Shown here: one piece after another, positions 1 to 10,503 of the stretch
Layout of the letters: each line of letters opens with the position of its first letter
How positions within the stretch are numbered: position 1 is the stretch's first letter
Source of the DNA: a bacterium
GTDB taxonomy: Bacteria; UBA8248
Length of the DNA stretch: 64,000 bases
Assembly (NCBI GenBank): GCA_965204535.1
Contig: CBDBEV010000001.1
Coordinates: 1,472,001-1,536,000 of the forward strand
Direction of reading: 5' to 3'
The notes under the pieces: generated by a model
Seen by the model: only the letters and a program-made list of their open reading frames with translations
What the model was told of the DNA's origin: nothing
The model's database searches: none
Position numbers and translations under genes: made by a program

Positions 1-1895
1 GAGCCCGCCGAGCGAACCCCGCCGGTTTCCGGGTCGGTCGTGACGAACGCGCCATGGGCTTCATGGTAATGGCCATCCGTCGGCGCGAACATGCTCGCCG
101 CCGCGCGGGTATGCGCCGGGAATCTCCTGCCGCCTCCCCTGACGTCGACGATGCGCGAGAGCGCCATGTTGTAATACGCCCCGCGGACGCCGCCCACCGC
201 GACAGGGACGGCTTTCAGCCCGGCGCCCACATGGGCGAGCGCCGGTGACAGGGTGATGCGGGCGTCGCGCAACCCGAACGACCGCGTCGTTCCGGCGACC
301 GAATACGGCAGGCGGACCGTCCCCTGCATGGCGATGGCCCTCCCCAGGTTCAGCCGCCCCCAGCCGTATACCGGGTCCGGCTCGTCGCGATCAGTCAGCC
401 GCGTTCCCATCGGGTCCGCGGAATAGAGCAGCACGGCCTGCACCACCTCCATCGGCAGGCTGGGCAGCCGGCTCTTGAGCACGGCCAGCGCCCCGCTCAC
501 CATCGGGGCGGCGAAAGAGGTGCCATCGAGCGCCTCGTCGGGGCCGACCCTGAGACCCTGTCCCGGCGCGAACAGGCACCAGTTCCGTGCCTCGCCGCAC
601 CCGTTGGAAAACCGCGCGATCCTGCCGTTCCCGTCCAGCGCCCCGACCACCAGCCATTTCCCCAGCAGTCCGGGCTGGAACAGCGGCGCCACCGCCCATC
701 CCCCGATGGAGTTATAATCGGCGCAGTCGCCGCCCCCGCAGTCCGTTCCCCACATCTCCCTGAAAGAGATCGTGGGGCCGTCCCTGTCGCCATCCTTGCC
801 CTCATGCAGCCAACTGAAATTCTTCATGAAGTCCTGGGCGGTGAAGGTCAGGTCGCCCAGCAGGCAGCCGTCCTCGCCGATGTAGTTCTTGCCGCACATG
901 TGAACCCTGTTGTTGATGGAGTTCCAGCTCTCGTTGCCGGCCGCCCACACCGCCACGATATCCTGGTTCTCGAGTACTCTCGCGGTAGCGGCGAAATCCC
1001 CATGGAGGAAACTGCCGGTTCCCAGACCCCTCTCCATAAGCGGCCGGAACAGCGGCTTGCCCGGGGCCAGCCATACGCCGTCCCTGCCGGCGTACTTCCC
1101 GTAGTACCACTCCGACAGCCCGATGCTGAAGTTGAGCACTTGCGCCCCGTTGGCGACCGCGTGTTCCATCGCCTGCACAGGCTGTCCGCCGCCGGCGAGC
1201 TGTATCGGCATGATCGAGGCCCGCGGCGCGACGCCGTGGACGTTGTAGGTGGGGATCGCACCGCCGCCGGCGGCCCTTATCTCGAAAGTCCCCGCGGTAT
1301 TGTCCCTCGCCCCCGCGGCGAGCAGGGCGACATAGGTGCCGTGCCCTGTTCCAGGAGCCCCCGCCCGGCCCGGCTCGAACACGTTGGCGTTTCGGTTGCG
1401 CACGTGACGCGGCGCCCTGATCCTGCCCGCCAGATCGGGGTGCGTGGGGTCCAGGCCGTCGTCCGCCACCGCGATGGTAACGTCCTGGCCGAAATAGCCG
1501 CGCTGGTAGGCCCCGTCCGCGGAGATGGCCGCCAATCCGTGATGGCGCATGAACTCCGGGCTCCGGTAGTCCCGGCCGTCCGAAGGGCGCGGGGCGCCGA
1601 GTTCCGTGGAGCGGAACGCGAGGGCGACCGGATTCGAGCCGGCAGGCGCCGCCGGGCCGCCGCCGGGCGGGCCGCCGCCGGACGGGTCGCCGCCGCAGCC
1701 AATCGTCCCGAGGTGGACGCAGGCCAGAAGCAGCAGACACAGCGCGAACCGAAGGACCTCCCGAGGGTGGCGGGGCACGCCGTTCACGGAATCCGCCGCG
1801 GGTCCATGCTTCCGCCACATCTTCGAGAGGTGCGGTCTTAGGGGGCGGTTTTCGCACGAACGCCACAGGATGGCGGCAATGCCGGCGTAGTTCAT
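1..1895 (-). CDS. S8 subtilisin-like serine protease, probable lipoprotein; 3' end beyond the left edge
   Basis: Manual translation (not in ORF track because no stop lies in the window): AGGAGG RBS then ATG at 1895; lipobox-like LGTIGC; catalytic motifs VADDG, GHGT, AAGN, GTSFAAP; YGWGRLN; frame open to base 1. Confidence 0.9.
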   Translation of the reverse strand, partial: MNYAGIAAILWRSCENRPLRPHLSKMWRKHGPAADSVNGVPRHPREVLRFALCLLLLACVHLGTIGCGGDPSGGGPPGGGPAAPAGSNPVALAFRSTELGAPRPSDGRDYRSPEFMRHHGLAAISADGAYQRGYFGQDVTIAVADDGLDPTHPDLAGRIRAPRHVRNRNANVFEPGRAGAPGTGHGTYVALLAAGARDNTAGTFEIRAAGGGAIPTYNVHGVAPRASIMPIQLAGGGQPVQAMEHAVANGAQVLNFSIGLSEWYYGKYAGRDGVWLAPGKPLFRPLMERGLGTGSFLHGDFAATARVLENQDIVAVWAAGNESWNSINNRVHMCGKNYIGEDGCLLGDLTFTAQDFMKNFSWLHEGKDGDRDGPTISFREMWGTDCGGGDCADYNSIGGWAVAPLFQPGLLGKWLVVGALDGNGRIARFSNGCGEARNWCLFAPGQGLRVGPDEALDGTSFAAPMVSGALAVLKSRLPSLPMEVVQAVLLYSADPMGTRLTDRDEPDPVYGWGRLNLGRAIAMQGTVRLPYSVAGTTRSFGLRDARITLSPALAHVGAGLKAVPVAVGGVRGAYYNMALSRIVDVRGGGRRFPAHTRAAASMFAPTDGHYHEAHGAFVTTDPETGGVRSAG

Positions 1896-2469
1896 TCCGA
1901 GACCTCCTATGCAAGACACATGGCCCGCGCTCATGACGCCCTGGGCATGCTCATGAGTGAACGTTCAGTAGAAATGCGTTTACGGGCGGCGCAAATGATT
2001 GTAGCAAAATCTTATATTTTTTTGTGTGTTGATTCGAATACTTTTTTCGCGTAGTTCCGGGTTTTTCGTCGTACCGGCAGGTCCCGATAAGCGCGAGCGA
2101 TGAAAAGAAACGACAAACCGGGGCGCGCGGCAGGGGCCGACGAACGGCGCACGTGGCAGCCCTGTGTGTATTTGGAGCCAGTCACCGCGCCTTGATGCGG
2201 TACATACTGCGGCCGAACATTGTCCGCGCAGCCGGCAGGGCCGGGAAAGCGGTCGCAAGCCGGGATTTGAGCCTTCGGCACCGGTTGCTCCAGCGAACCG
2301 GGCGATGAACTGACCCAGCCGGACGCGCGCGGTTTCGTCGCGCCAGCGGCCGGGAATGTCCTCGCCGAGAGGCCGCGCCACGCGGCCGCCTCAGACAGCC
2401 CCGATCCCGGATTTGTAACGGCCGAAGCCAGTAGCGCAACATGGACGCGACCCTGCGAAGCTACGACGC

Positions 2470-2625
2470 CGAACTTCCGCCAGATGGCCCCGCAGGGCGT
2501 TGATTGCCTGAGCGCGCTGGCGAACCAGCATCCACCGGGCCTGCTGCTCTTCCGTCTTCACCGCCATAAACCTCATGCTCGAGCGGGAGGCCGCCTCGCG
2601 GATCGCATCCGCATCCGCAGCGCGG
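2470..2625 (-). pseudogene. IS110/IS1111-family transposase fragment
   Basis: AADADAIREAASRSSMRFMAVKTEEQQA...LVRQRAQAINALRGHLAE matches the IS110 N-terminal region, with an internal deletion; rest of gene absent. Confidence 0.75.
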
Positions 2626-2714
2626 ACGAGCCGCGTTGGTGAAATCCGGACAGTTGTGGAACCTCGTGAAACCTGCGCCTCGAAGCGGTGTGGCCGGAGT
2701 TCGAGCGGGGCGTG

Positions 2715-3314
2715 TCAGTCGAGGATCTGGAAATGCGCTTCGGTCGGCTCGCGCGCCTCGCCGTTGACGGGCAGGATGTCCTGCGGGCAGGCGGAGAAGA
2801 CGACGACGACGTCGAGATTGGCCTCGAACAGCACGTGGTCGCCCGCTTTCGAGACCGGCGCGGCAAATTCGAGGTTGCCGTCCGCCTCCCAAGGGATGTT
2901 CATGAACAGGTTGAGCGGCGAGGGCGTCTCGGGCGGCGTCAGTCCGAGTTCGTAGAGGGCTGCGGCCAGATTGTCGGTGCAGTTGTCGTGGTATTCCGTG
3001 CAGCCGAGCAGGCCGTAGCGGTAGTCGTCACATGCGGCGATCAACGTGTCGTGAACGCCGGGCGAGGTGTCCTCGACGAGCGTCAGGATGGGACGGCGGC
3101 GGTTGCTGTAGAGTGCATCGCCCACCTCAGGGCGCATCTTCGTCAGGGTTGCGCGGGTATGCTCCATCGACATGAACTCGCGCAGGTCGCGCTGCGTGAA
3201 GGCCCATGTGTCCACGACCTGCGCGCCGTGGGTGTTGACGACCTTGATCTTCTGGCCCCTGGCGACCGGAGCGGCCCTGCCGCATCGCGCCGGAATCGTC
3301 TGCAGCCCGGACAT
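2715..3314 (-). CDS. DUF1989 / urea carboxylase-associated family protein
   Basis: GAQVVDTWAF, GVHDTLIAAC, HDNCTDNL, PLNLFMN, SACPQD motifs; GGGAGG RBS before ATG 3314. Confidence 0.9.
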   Translation of the reverse strand: MSGLQTIPARCGRAAPVARGQKIKVVNTHGAQVVDTWAFTQRDLREFMSMEHTRATLTKMRPEVGDALYSNRRRPILTLVEDTSPGVHDTLIAACDDYRYGLLGCTEYHDNCTDNLAAALYELGLTPPETPSPLNLFMNIPWEADGNLEFAAPVSKAGDHVLFEANLDVVVVFSACPQDILPVNGEAREPTEAHFQILD

Positions 3315-3344
3315 GACCTGCCTCCCGTGATGGATGGGAACGCC

Positions 3345-3432
3345 AACATAACCCCCGCGTCGCGGCGGCGTCAAGGCATCGCGGCGCCTCCGGCGCTCCG
3401 GGTTTGACAGGCGCCGGGGAGTGCACTAGATT
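3345..3432. promoter_or_regulatory. Back-to-back sigma70-like promoters
   Basis: + strand TTGACA(3404-3409)-17 nt-TAGATT(3427-3432); - strand TTGACG-18 nt-TATGTT toward DUF1989. Confidence 0.6.
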
Positions 3433-3526
3433 TCGAGGGCGAGGCCGTCATAGGCGCTCGCTGAGGCTTTATTCCATTCCGCGCCGGCGGAGCCGGCGCA
3501 ACGCATGAGAGGGGAGGATCGGGGCA

Positions 3527-4381
3527 TTGACTTCATTCAAACGGGCGTGGGCGGTCGCATTCGCGGTTGCCGTGGCGGCGAGTCTTGGCTTTTCCGGCGG
3601 TCCGGCCAGGGCGGATCTCCTCTCCGATATCAAGAAACGAGGCGAATTCATTGTCGGGACCGAGGCCCGGTTCCCACCGTTCGAGTTTGTCAAAGACGGC
3701 AGGATCGTGGGCTACTCGACAGACATCATGGCGCACGTCATGAAGGCGTTGCCGGGGGTCAGGCTGACCCGGCTCGATCTTCCCTGGCAGGGAATACTTC
3801 CCGGCCTGTCGGCGGCCAAGTTCGACTACGTCGTCACCTCCGTGACCGTCACCAGGGCGCGCTACGAGAAGTACGCGCTGAGCCTGCCGGTCGCCGACGC
3901 GACGATGGCGCTGGTCAAGCGCAAGGGCGACGATTCGATCAGGGCGCCTGAGGACATCGCCGGGCACGTGGTGGGCTCACAGGCGGGCTCGGCGCAGTTG
4001 CAGGCCCTCCAGGCTTTCGCCGGTAAGCTCAAGGGCGCAGGCAAGGGGGTCAAGGGGATCAAGACCTACGTCGATTTCAACGAGGCCTTCGCCGATCTGG
4101 CGGCAGGAAGGATCAGCGCCGTCTGCAACAGCCTGCCGAACCTGCTGGATCTCGTTCGCAAGCGGCCGGACAGGTTCGAGATGGTGCTGCCGACATTCGG
4201 TCCCAAGAAGTATTTCAGCTGGGCCGGGCGCAAGGACGCCAACAGCGCTTCGCTGGTCGCCTTCATGAATGAGCAGCTCGCCAAGCTCAACAGGGCGGGT
4301 GTGCTGACCGCGCTGCAGAAGAAGTGGTTCGGCGGGCCCATGGAGTTGCCGTCCGACAAGCTGCCGGTGCCGCACGACTAG
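3527..4381 (+). CDS. Polar amino-acid ABC transporter substrate-binding protein (family 3)
   Basis: Signal peptide; VGTEARFPPFEF, GILPGL, DLAAGRI motifs; GGAGG RBS and TTG start. Confidence 0.92.
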   Translation: MTSFKRAWAVAFAVAVAASLGFSGGPARADLLSDIKKRGEFIVGTEARFPPFEFVKDGRIVGYSTDIMAHVMKALPGVRLTRLDLPWQGILPGLSAAKFDYVVTSVTVTRARYEKYALSLPVADATMALVKRKGDDSIRAPEDIAGHVVGSQAGSAQLQALQAFAGKLKGAGKGVKGIKTYVDFNEAFADLAAGRISAVCNSLPNLLDLVRKRPDRFEMVLPTFGPKKYFSWAGRKDANSASLVAFMNEQLAKLNRAGVLTALQKKWFGGPMELPSDKLPVPHD

Positions 4382-4411
4382 GCGCCGGCCGGTAATCGAC
4401 GGGTCCCGCCG

Positions 4412-5065
4412 GTGGATTTTTCTGGCGTCATTTCGAACCACTATGGTGCGTTCCTCGCCGGGGCGGGGATGACCGTCACGGTTTCGGCGGTCTCCATCGC
4501 CGCCGGCATGGTCATGGGTCTCGGGCTCAGTTTCGGCCTGATCTCCCGGAGACGGTCGATCCGGCGGCCCTCGGCCGCCTACCGGAGCGTCTGGCGAGGG
4601 ACGCCCATCCTGGTGCAGTTGCTGATCGTCTTCTACCTGCTGCCGGAGATCGGCCTCGACGTGCCGCCGGTCGCCGCGGCGATAATCGCGCTGGCGATGA
4701 ACACCGCGGCGTTTCAGGCCGAGATATTCCGGGGCGGCCTGTTGTCCATCCCGCCAGGTCAGGTCGAGGCCGCGCGCATGCTCGGGATCGGCATGCCGGC
4801 CATCCGGGTCAGGATCCTGATTCCACAGATGATGCGCCTGGTCCTGCCGGCGCTCGTCAACGAGACCATCAGCATCCTCAAGAACTCCTCGCTGATCTCG
4901 GTGATCGCGGTGACCGAACTCATGCGCACCAGCCAGCAGGTGGTGTCCGTCACGTACCGGCCGCTGGAAGCCTACATGATCGCGGCCCTCATATACCTCG
5001 CCATGAACCTGGTGCTGGCCCGCGCCGGGGCCTGGTTCGAGAGGCGCTACGCGGCGGCGCGCTAG
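4412..5065 (+). CDS. Amino-acid ABC permease (HisM/GlnP type)
   Basis: [29 protein letters not shown]. Confidence 0.92.
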   Translation: MDFSGVISNHYGAFLAGAGMTVTVSAVSIAAGMVMGLGLSFGLISRRRSIRRPSAAYRSVWRGTPILVQLLIVFYLLPEIGLDVPPVAAAIIALAMNTAAFQAEIFRGGLLSIPPGQVEAARMLGIGMPAIRVRILIPQMMRLVLPALVNETISILKNSSLISVIAVTELMRTSQQVVSVTYRPLEAYMIAALIYLAMNLVLARAGAWFERRYAAAR

Positions 5066-5083
5066 CCGCTCAAGGGGGAAACC

Positions 5084-5740
5084 GTGTCGTTCGACATCGA
5101 CATCATGTTCCGATACGGCCCGCTGTTGCTGTCGGGATTGTGGACGACGGTCTATGTCTGCGCGCTGGCGTCGCTTCTGGCCGTCGCCGCCGGTCTCGGG
5201 GTTGCGGTGCTCTACGGCCTGCCGATGCGCCCCGTGAAGCTGCTGTGCCGGGCCTACATCGAGGTTATGCGCGGGACCCCGATACTGACCCTGTTGTTCA
5301 TCCTCTACTACGGGGGGCCTTCGTTCGGCCTCACCCTGGATGCCGAACCGGTCGGGATCATCGGCCTCGGGCTCTACGGCGGGGGGTATTTCGCAGAAAT
5401 ATTCAGGGCCGGGTTCCAGTCCATCCCTGCGGGGCAGCTCGAGGCCGCGCGCATGCTCGGCATCCCGCGACGGCTGATCGTCGCCCGCATCCAGATCCCC
5501 CAGATGCTGACGCTGATCATCCCCCCGTCCACGAATCAGATCATCATCCTGGTCAAGGAATCGGCCCTCCTGTCGATCATCACCGTCGCCGAGCTGACGA
5601 AGAACACGACACAGATGGTCAACGAGACCTTCGCGGTGGTCGAGCCCTACGTGGCGGTCGCCCTGCTCTACTGGCTGATCATCGAGGGCATCGCGCTCAC
5701 CGGCGGGGTGCTCGAGCGCCGGTTCAGGTACGCATCATGA
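5084..5740 (+). CDS. Amino-acid ABC permease (HisQ/GlnP type)
   Basis: RGTPIL, AEIFRAG, GQLEAA, KESAL. Confidence 0.92.
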   Translation: MSFDIDIMFRYGPLLLSGLWTTVYVCALASLLAVAAGLGVAVLYGLPMRPVKLLCRAYIEVMRGTPILTLLFILYYGGPSFGLTLDAEPVGIIGLGLYGGGYFAEIFRAGFQSIPAGQLEAARMLGIPRRLIVARIQIPQMLTLIIPPSTNQIIILVKESALLSIITVAELTKNTTQMVNETFAVVEPYVAVALLYWLIIEGIALTGGVLERRFRYAS

Positions 5741-6543
5741 CGGGCGAAGCGCGAGGCGGCGCCATGGAACACAAACCCGTGGTCCTGGTCGAGGGCCTGC
5801 ACAAGCGCTTCGGCGCGGCTCACGTCCTCAAGGGGATCGACCTCGCGGTCGAGAGTTCACGGGTGGTCTGCGTCATCGGTCCGTCGGGTTCGGGAAAGAG
5901 CACGCTTCTGCGCTGCATGGCGTTTCTCGACCGCTACGATGAGGGCCGGGTGTTCATCGAGGGCCGGCTGCTGGGCTACCGCGAGGTCGACGGGGGGCTT
6001 GCGCCCGACAGCGAGCGCAACATCGACAGCGTGCGCAGCGTCATCGGCATGGTCTTCCAGCACTACAACCTGTGGCCGCACAAGACGGCGCTCGGCAACG
6101 TGACCGAGGCGCTTCGCGTGGTGAAGGGACTCGGCAGGCGGGAGGCGGAGGCGATCGGCATGGAGACGCTGGCGAAGGTGGGGATGGACGACAGGGCCCA
6201 CGCCTATCCGGCCCGGCTCTCGGGCGGGCAGCAGCAGCGCACCGCGATCGCCCGGGCGCTGGCGATGCGGCCGCACGTGATGTATTTCGACGAGCCGACG
6301 TCGGCGCTGGACCCCGAACTCGTGGGCGAGGTGCTTCAGGTGATGCAGGAGCTTGCGGGCGAGGGCATGACCATGGTCGTGGTCACCCACGAGATGGGAT
6401 TCGCCGCGCACGTGGCCGACGAGGTCGTGTTCATGGACGGGGGCGAGGTCATCGAGCGGGGTTCCCCGGACGATGTCTTCAAGCGGCCGCGAAGCGAGCG
6501 CCTGCGCGAGTTCCTCGATACCTGGCGGGCGCGCTCGATATGA
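5737..6543 (+). CDS. Amino-acid ABC ATP-binding protein (GlnQ/HisP type)
   Basis: [31 protein letters not shown]; ATGA overlap with permease stop (alternative start 5764). Confidence 0.93.
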   Translation: MTGEARGGAMEHKPVVLVEGLHKRFGAAHVLKGIDLAVESSRVVCVIGPSGSGKSTLLRCMAFLDRYDEGRVFIEGRLLGYREVDGGLAPDSERNIDSVRSVIGMVFQHYNLWPHKTALGNVTEALRVVKGLGRREAEAIGMETLAKVGMDDRAHAYPARLSGGQQQRTAIARALAMRPHVMYFDEPTSALDPELVGEVLQVMQELAGEGMTMVVVTHEMGFAAHVADEVVFMDGGEVIERGSPDDVFKRPRSERLREFLDTWRARSI

Positions 6544-6650
6544 CGGCCGGGACCGGTCGGAGAAGGGCCTGAGACCGTTGCCCATCCCCTCGGCCGGACC
6601 CGAACCGGGCGGCTGAGGGTCTCGCAGGCAGGCGCGGGGTTGCCCTCGTT

Positions 6651-7121
6651 CTATTCGGCGGGCTCATCTTTGAGGTACTTGAATACCGCGTACCCCGCCG
6701 TATCGTCCGATTCATCCACCACATGCCTTATCGGAACGATCTGCAGGTTTTTCCATTGCGTGTATTCGGCGAAATCCAGGGTCTCCGCCAGAAGCAGGCC
6801 GACGGAGACAACGCGCGCGCGCCCGGTCCGATCCCTCGCCCCGAACCGGCAGTCGTATCCCCCGACAAAGGTGGAGCCTGCGGGGGACACGAGATTGGAC
6901 AGGCTGTTCAGAACGCTCTCGAGGAGCGATTTCCGTTCCACGCGTACGGAATCCGGAGACAGCGAATACCCCTTGTTCGCCGTCCATTTCGCGGCGAAGC
7001 TCCTGCAATGCCCCTGCAGGCTCACGCTCTCTTCCGGGGACGACCGCCCCCCGTGGCCTTTCCCGCCGGCGAAGCCTGCGAAAATGGCGATGGAAACGAC
7101 GCAAACGGCAAGAATTCTCAT
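6651..7121 (-). CDS. Hypothetical exported protein
   Basis: N-terminal hydrophobic signal, GAGGA RBS, two Cys; no family recognised. Confidence 0.6.
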   Translation of the reverse strand: MRILAVCVVSIAIFAGFAGGKGHGGRSSPEESVSLQGHCRSFAAKWTANKGYSLSPDSVRVERKSLLESVLNSLSNLVSPAGSTFVGGYDCRFGARDRTGRARVVSVGLLLAETLDFAEYTQWKNLQIVPIRHVVDESDDTAGYAVFKYLKDEPAE

Positions 7122-7295
7122 TTGCGCTCATCCTCTCCGCAGAAAAAAGACGGGAGGCGGGGCCGGCGACGACCCTCCGAGCGGCGGGCCGAACGCGCTG
7201 CCTTCAGGCGCTCCTGCCGGCCACCGGTCCCGTTTTCCAAAGGGCGCCACCCCTCCCTGCAAACAGGAAAAAGCCGGTAGGGGTGGCCGGCCGCT

Positions 7296-7586
7296 TCAGG
7301 GAGGCGACCCAGGGTCACGAGGAGGCGACCCGTTTTCCCCCCTGAAACGTCCTTCCCTGCAAAAGTCGCCACTCCTTCCGCTTGCGCAAGGCATTAAAGA
7401 GCGCTCGCCCGTGGCCTCCAGCGCGGCGCGGAATTTTTTCGCCAGGGAAACGTGCTGCTGGGCATCGAGAACTATCCAGCCCTCGGGCTTCAAGAACGCG
7501 CCTGCGTTCGAATCGCCGCCCTCGCCGATGAATGCGTGAACGCCCTCGGCGAGGGTCACGAGTTCCGCATCCGAATAATGCGTCAT
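7296..7586 (-). pseudogene. Truncated MBL-fold metallo-hydrolase (cyclase-like) N-terminus
   Basis: LAEGVHAFIGEGGDSNAGAF...WIVLDAQ is a typical MBL start; similarity stops near 7400, before the HxHxDH motif. Confidence 0.65.
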
Positions 7587-7619
7587 TTCCAATCCTTATT
7601 CTACGGCCTGGACGCTCTG

Positions 7620-8393
7620 CTACCCGATCCTTTCTTCGGTGTTGAGGTACTGTCGCACCTGCCTTGTAAGGTTCGTAAATTCGAGTGTTTCCGTGGAAGC
7701 CACCGTACGCGGACGTGACAATTCAACCTTTATCTCCCCGACGATGCGGCCTGGACGCGGTGACATGACAAGAACACGGTCGGCAAGATAAACGGCTTCC
7801 GATATGCTGTGCGTTATAAAAAGGACGGTCTTGCGGCGTTTCATCCAGATGCTTTGCAGTTCACTGCTCATCTGTTCTCGCGTCATGGCGTCGAGGGCGC
7901 CAAACGGTTCGTCCATCAGCAGCAAATCAGGATCATGAATGAGCGCGCGGCAAAGGCCGACACGCTGCTGCATCCCGCCGGAAAGCTGGTGCGGATAGGC
8001 ATTCTCGAAGCCTTCGAGCGCGACCAGTTGAATCAACTCCTGCGCTGTCTCCCGGTAGTCCTCTACGCGCAGGCCCCGTATTTCGATCTGGAGGAGAATG
8101 TTCTCCAGGATCGAACGCCAAGCCATTAACAGAGGACTTTGAAAGACTACCCCGACCGAGGCTGTCGGCCCCTTTATCTCCCGCCCGTTCACCCGGATTG
8201 CCCCGCTGGATGGCGAGAGCAATCCGGAAACGAGCTTCAGAAGCGTGCTTTTCCCACAACCGCTGGGGCCGACGAGGGCGACGAACTCGCCCTCGGAAGC
8301 AAAGATGGATACATTGTCGAGCGCGTGTACATCGGCGTTCGCAGCGTGATAAGTGAGACTGACGTCGTCAATCCCGATTACCTCGCCATTCAT
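7620..8393 (-). CDS. NitT/TauT-family ABC ATP-binding protein
   Basis: GPSGCGKS, LSGGMQQR, MDEPFGALD, ITHSISEA, SPRPGRI. Confidence 0.93.
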   Translation of the reverse strand: MNGEVIGIDDVSLTYHAANADVHALDNVSIFASEGEFVALVGPSGCGKSTLLKLVSGLLSPSSGAIRVNGREIKGPTASVGVVFQSPLLMAWRSILENILLQIEIRGLRVEDYRETAQELIQLVALEGFENAYPHQLSGGMQQRVGLCRALIHDPDLLLMDEPFGALDAMTREQMSSELQSIWMKRRKTVLFITHSISEAVYLADRVLVMSPRPGRIVGEIKVELSRPRTVASTETLEFTNLTRQVRQYLNTEERIG

Positions 8394-8399
8394 CGTATT

Positions 8400-9419
8400 T
8401 TAGTTCTTCGGAACAAACTTGTTGCTGTAGAATTTCTCGGCTGGCAGAGACTTCTTGAGCCGTCCCGTTTTCACGAGGATCTGTACGGCATTGTCCCAAT
8501 CCGCCTTGCTCGTCCATCCGTAGGGCTTGCCCGCCGTGTTCTTCGTTCCGAGCCGTCGATGCGTCTCCTGCCATTGGAGCTTAACCGATTCCCTGCGCTT
8601 TTCCGCCGTCTTGGACAATCTCATGGCGATGTCGACAGCCTCGTCGATGTTCTCTTTCTTCACCACGTCCTTCAGCGCCCGCGCAACCGCGCGCACAAAA
8701 CGCTGCACTTGTCCGGGTTTCTCGGCAATCCTTTGCTCGTGAACCACCACGCCATGGCCCAGGGGAGAAATGCCGAAATCAGAGAATTTCATAAAGTACA
8801 CCGGCTTCCCTTTTCCCTGGCGGGCGCGCACGACGAGATCAAGCGGTGAGCCGATGACGACACTGATGAATGAATCGACTTTGCCGTTCACGAAAGTGGT
8901 GTTGCGCGTAGCGCCGCTGGTAACACGGATCTGCACTTTCTCCGGCGGAATTTTATTGACGGACAGCAAAAGGTCGAACATGGATTTGTGCCCAGCCGTC
9001 ATGGCCACCGATCTGCCAATCAGGTCCTGGGGCTTTCGAATCGGGCTGTCCTCGTGCGAAATCACGGCCCATGCTCCCTTCTGCACCACCCCGAAAACGC
9101 CCTTGAGCTTCATGCCTTTGGCGACGCCGGAGGCCATGAACATATAATCCGCAACCCCGAAATCGTCATGCTTTCCACTAATCAGACCAACCGTTTTACT
9201 GGAGCCTGCGCCTTCCTTTATGGTCACGTTCAGTTTTTCCGCCGCAAAATACCCCTTCTCCTTCGCCCAGTAGAACGGCAGATGATAGCCGGACAGTCTC
9301 CAGTCCAGGCGCAGGCTCACAGATTCTGCCGCCTGTGACGAGTGGACGGGGAAAATGCTTGCAGCCAAAAGAAATGCGGAAACAACAAGCAGCCCTTTGC
9401 GCAAAATGGAACCCATCAT
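8400..9419 (-). CDS. NMT1/THI5-like (TauA/SsuA class) substrate-binding protein
   Basis: Signal peptide; LRLDW..GYHLPFYWAKEKGYF, EGAGS. Confidence 0.88.
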   Translation of the reverse strand: MMGSILRKGLLVVSAFLLAASIFPVHSSQAAESVSLRLDWRLSGYHLPFYWAKEKGYFAAEKLNVTIKEGAGSSKTVGLISGKHDDFGVADYMFMASGVAKGMKLKGVFGVVQKGAWAVISHEDSPIRKPQDLIGRSVAMTAGHKSMFDLLLSVNKIPPEKVQIRVTSGATRNTTFVNGKVDSFISVVIGSPLDLVVRARQGKGKPVYFMKFSDFGISPLGHGVVVHEQRIAEKPGQVQRFVRAVARALKDVVKKENIDEAVDIAMRLSKTAEKRRESVKLQWQETHRRLGTKNTAGKPYGWTSKADWDNAVQILVKTGRLKKSLPAEKFYSNKFVPKN

Positions 9420-9436
9420 CTTACAATCCTCCTTTA

Positions 9437-10360
9437 TTAGGATTGGTAGGCAGTCGTCGACTCGATCCGAACCGAGACGTGCCAGGGAATCAAGAGACGT
9501 TCCAGTTTTGAGACTATGGAGAACAAAATGACGCCCATGGCGATCAATACGAAAAGCGCCGCCCAGATCAGCGGTCCGTCAAGATCGCCTGCGGATGTAA
9601 GGAGCAAAAAACCCACCCCTTTGTCGGACCCGACGAACTCCCCGACGATGGCCCCGACAACCGAAAAACATATGGCGATCTTGAAACCGCCGAACATCTG
9701 GGGCAGCGCCGCCGGGCCTCTAACCTTGAGCATGATTTTGGGGGTTTTGGCCCCCATCGAGCGAACGAGATCGATCATGTCGTTCTCGACGCCTTTCAGC
9801 CCGACGATCGTCGACACGATGATCGGAAAGAACGAGATCAGGAACACGACCGCGATCTTCGGTAATATCCCGAATCCAAGCCAAACGACCAGTATGGGCG
9901 CAATCGCAACCTTCGGTATCGTTTGGGACATCACGAGAAACGGCATCAGCATACGTTCGATGCTGCGGCTGCAAACGACCCAAAATGCAAGTGGTACGCC
10001 TATCAGGACGCTGGCCGAGAAACCCAATAGCACGGATTGCAGCGTATAGAAGCATTCGTCGGCTAATCTGCGCCACTCCTCACCGAGCCGTACCACCACG
10101 TCCAGGGGCGCCGGCAACAGGTACTCCGGGATCTCGAATACCTTTACCGCAGCCGACCACAACACCAGGGCCACGGCAACAGCCATGACCGGCATCAAGA
10201 TGTCCAAGGCTCTCTCGCGCCGGGCCGAATTGGCTTTGAAGACGTTCCACGAGGAAGGCATCGTTCTCCGTGCTCTGCCATCAGAGGAGTCGGCTGCCAT
10301 CGGTTCGTCTTTCTCCGGGCTCAGGGAGGAAGTGTCGGGATAATCGGCTCGATCGCTCAA
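9437..10360 (-). CDS. NitT/TauT-family ABC permease (start may be 10300)
   Basis: QTIPKVAIAP, WLGFG, GAIVGEF. Confidence 0.9.
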   Translation of the reverse strand: MSDRADYPDTSSLSPEKDEPMAADSSDGRARRTMPSSWNVFKANSARRERALDILMPVMAVAVALVLWSAAVKVFEIPEYLLPAPLDVVVRLGEEWRRLADECFYTLQSVLLGFSASVLIGVPLAFWVVCSRSIERMLMPFLVMSQTIPKVAIAPILVVWLGFGILPKIAVVFLISFFPIIVSTIVGLKGVENDMIDLVRSMGAKTPKIMLKVRGPAALPQMFGGFKIAICFSVVGAIVGEFVGSDKGVGFLLLTSAGDLDGPLIWAALFVLIAMGVILFSIVSKLERLLIPWHVSVRIESTTAYQS

Positions 10361-10503
10361 GAGAAGAATTATCCGCAGCCTGGCCCGCTGGTACTATTGA
10401 GAATGATTAGATGCCTGATCGTAGCGATAACGCGGCCATCGGTCAATCTCATGAACCTCGTCGGTTTCGTCGCCGGACTTGTGATTACGACACGAACCCG
10501 GGG

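Noticed and set aside
802-1914. 370-aa and 345-aa ORFs from the track
   Set aside because: Alternative-frame or antisense shadows of the S8 protease
3315-3526. Guanidine riboswitch upstream of DUF1989 or the ABC operon
   Set aside because: No paired ACGR-loop hairpins or ykkC core seen; only one GC hairpin at about 3481-3499
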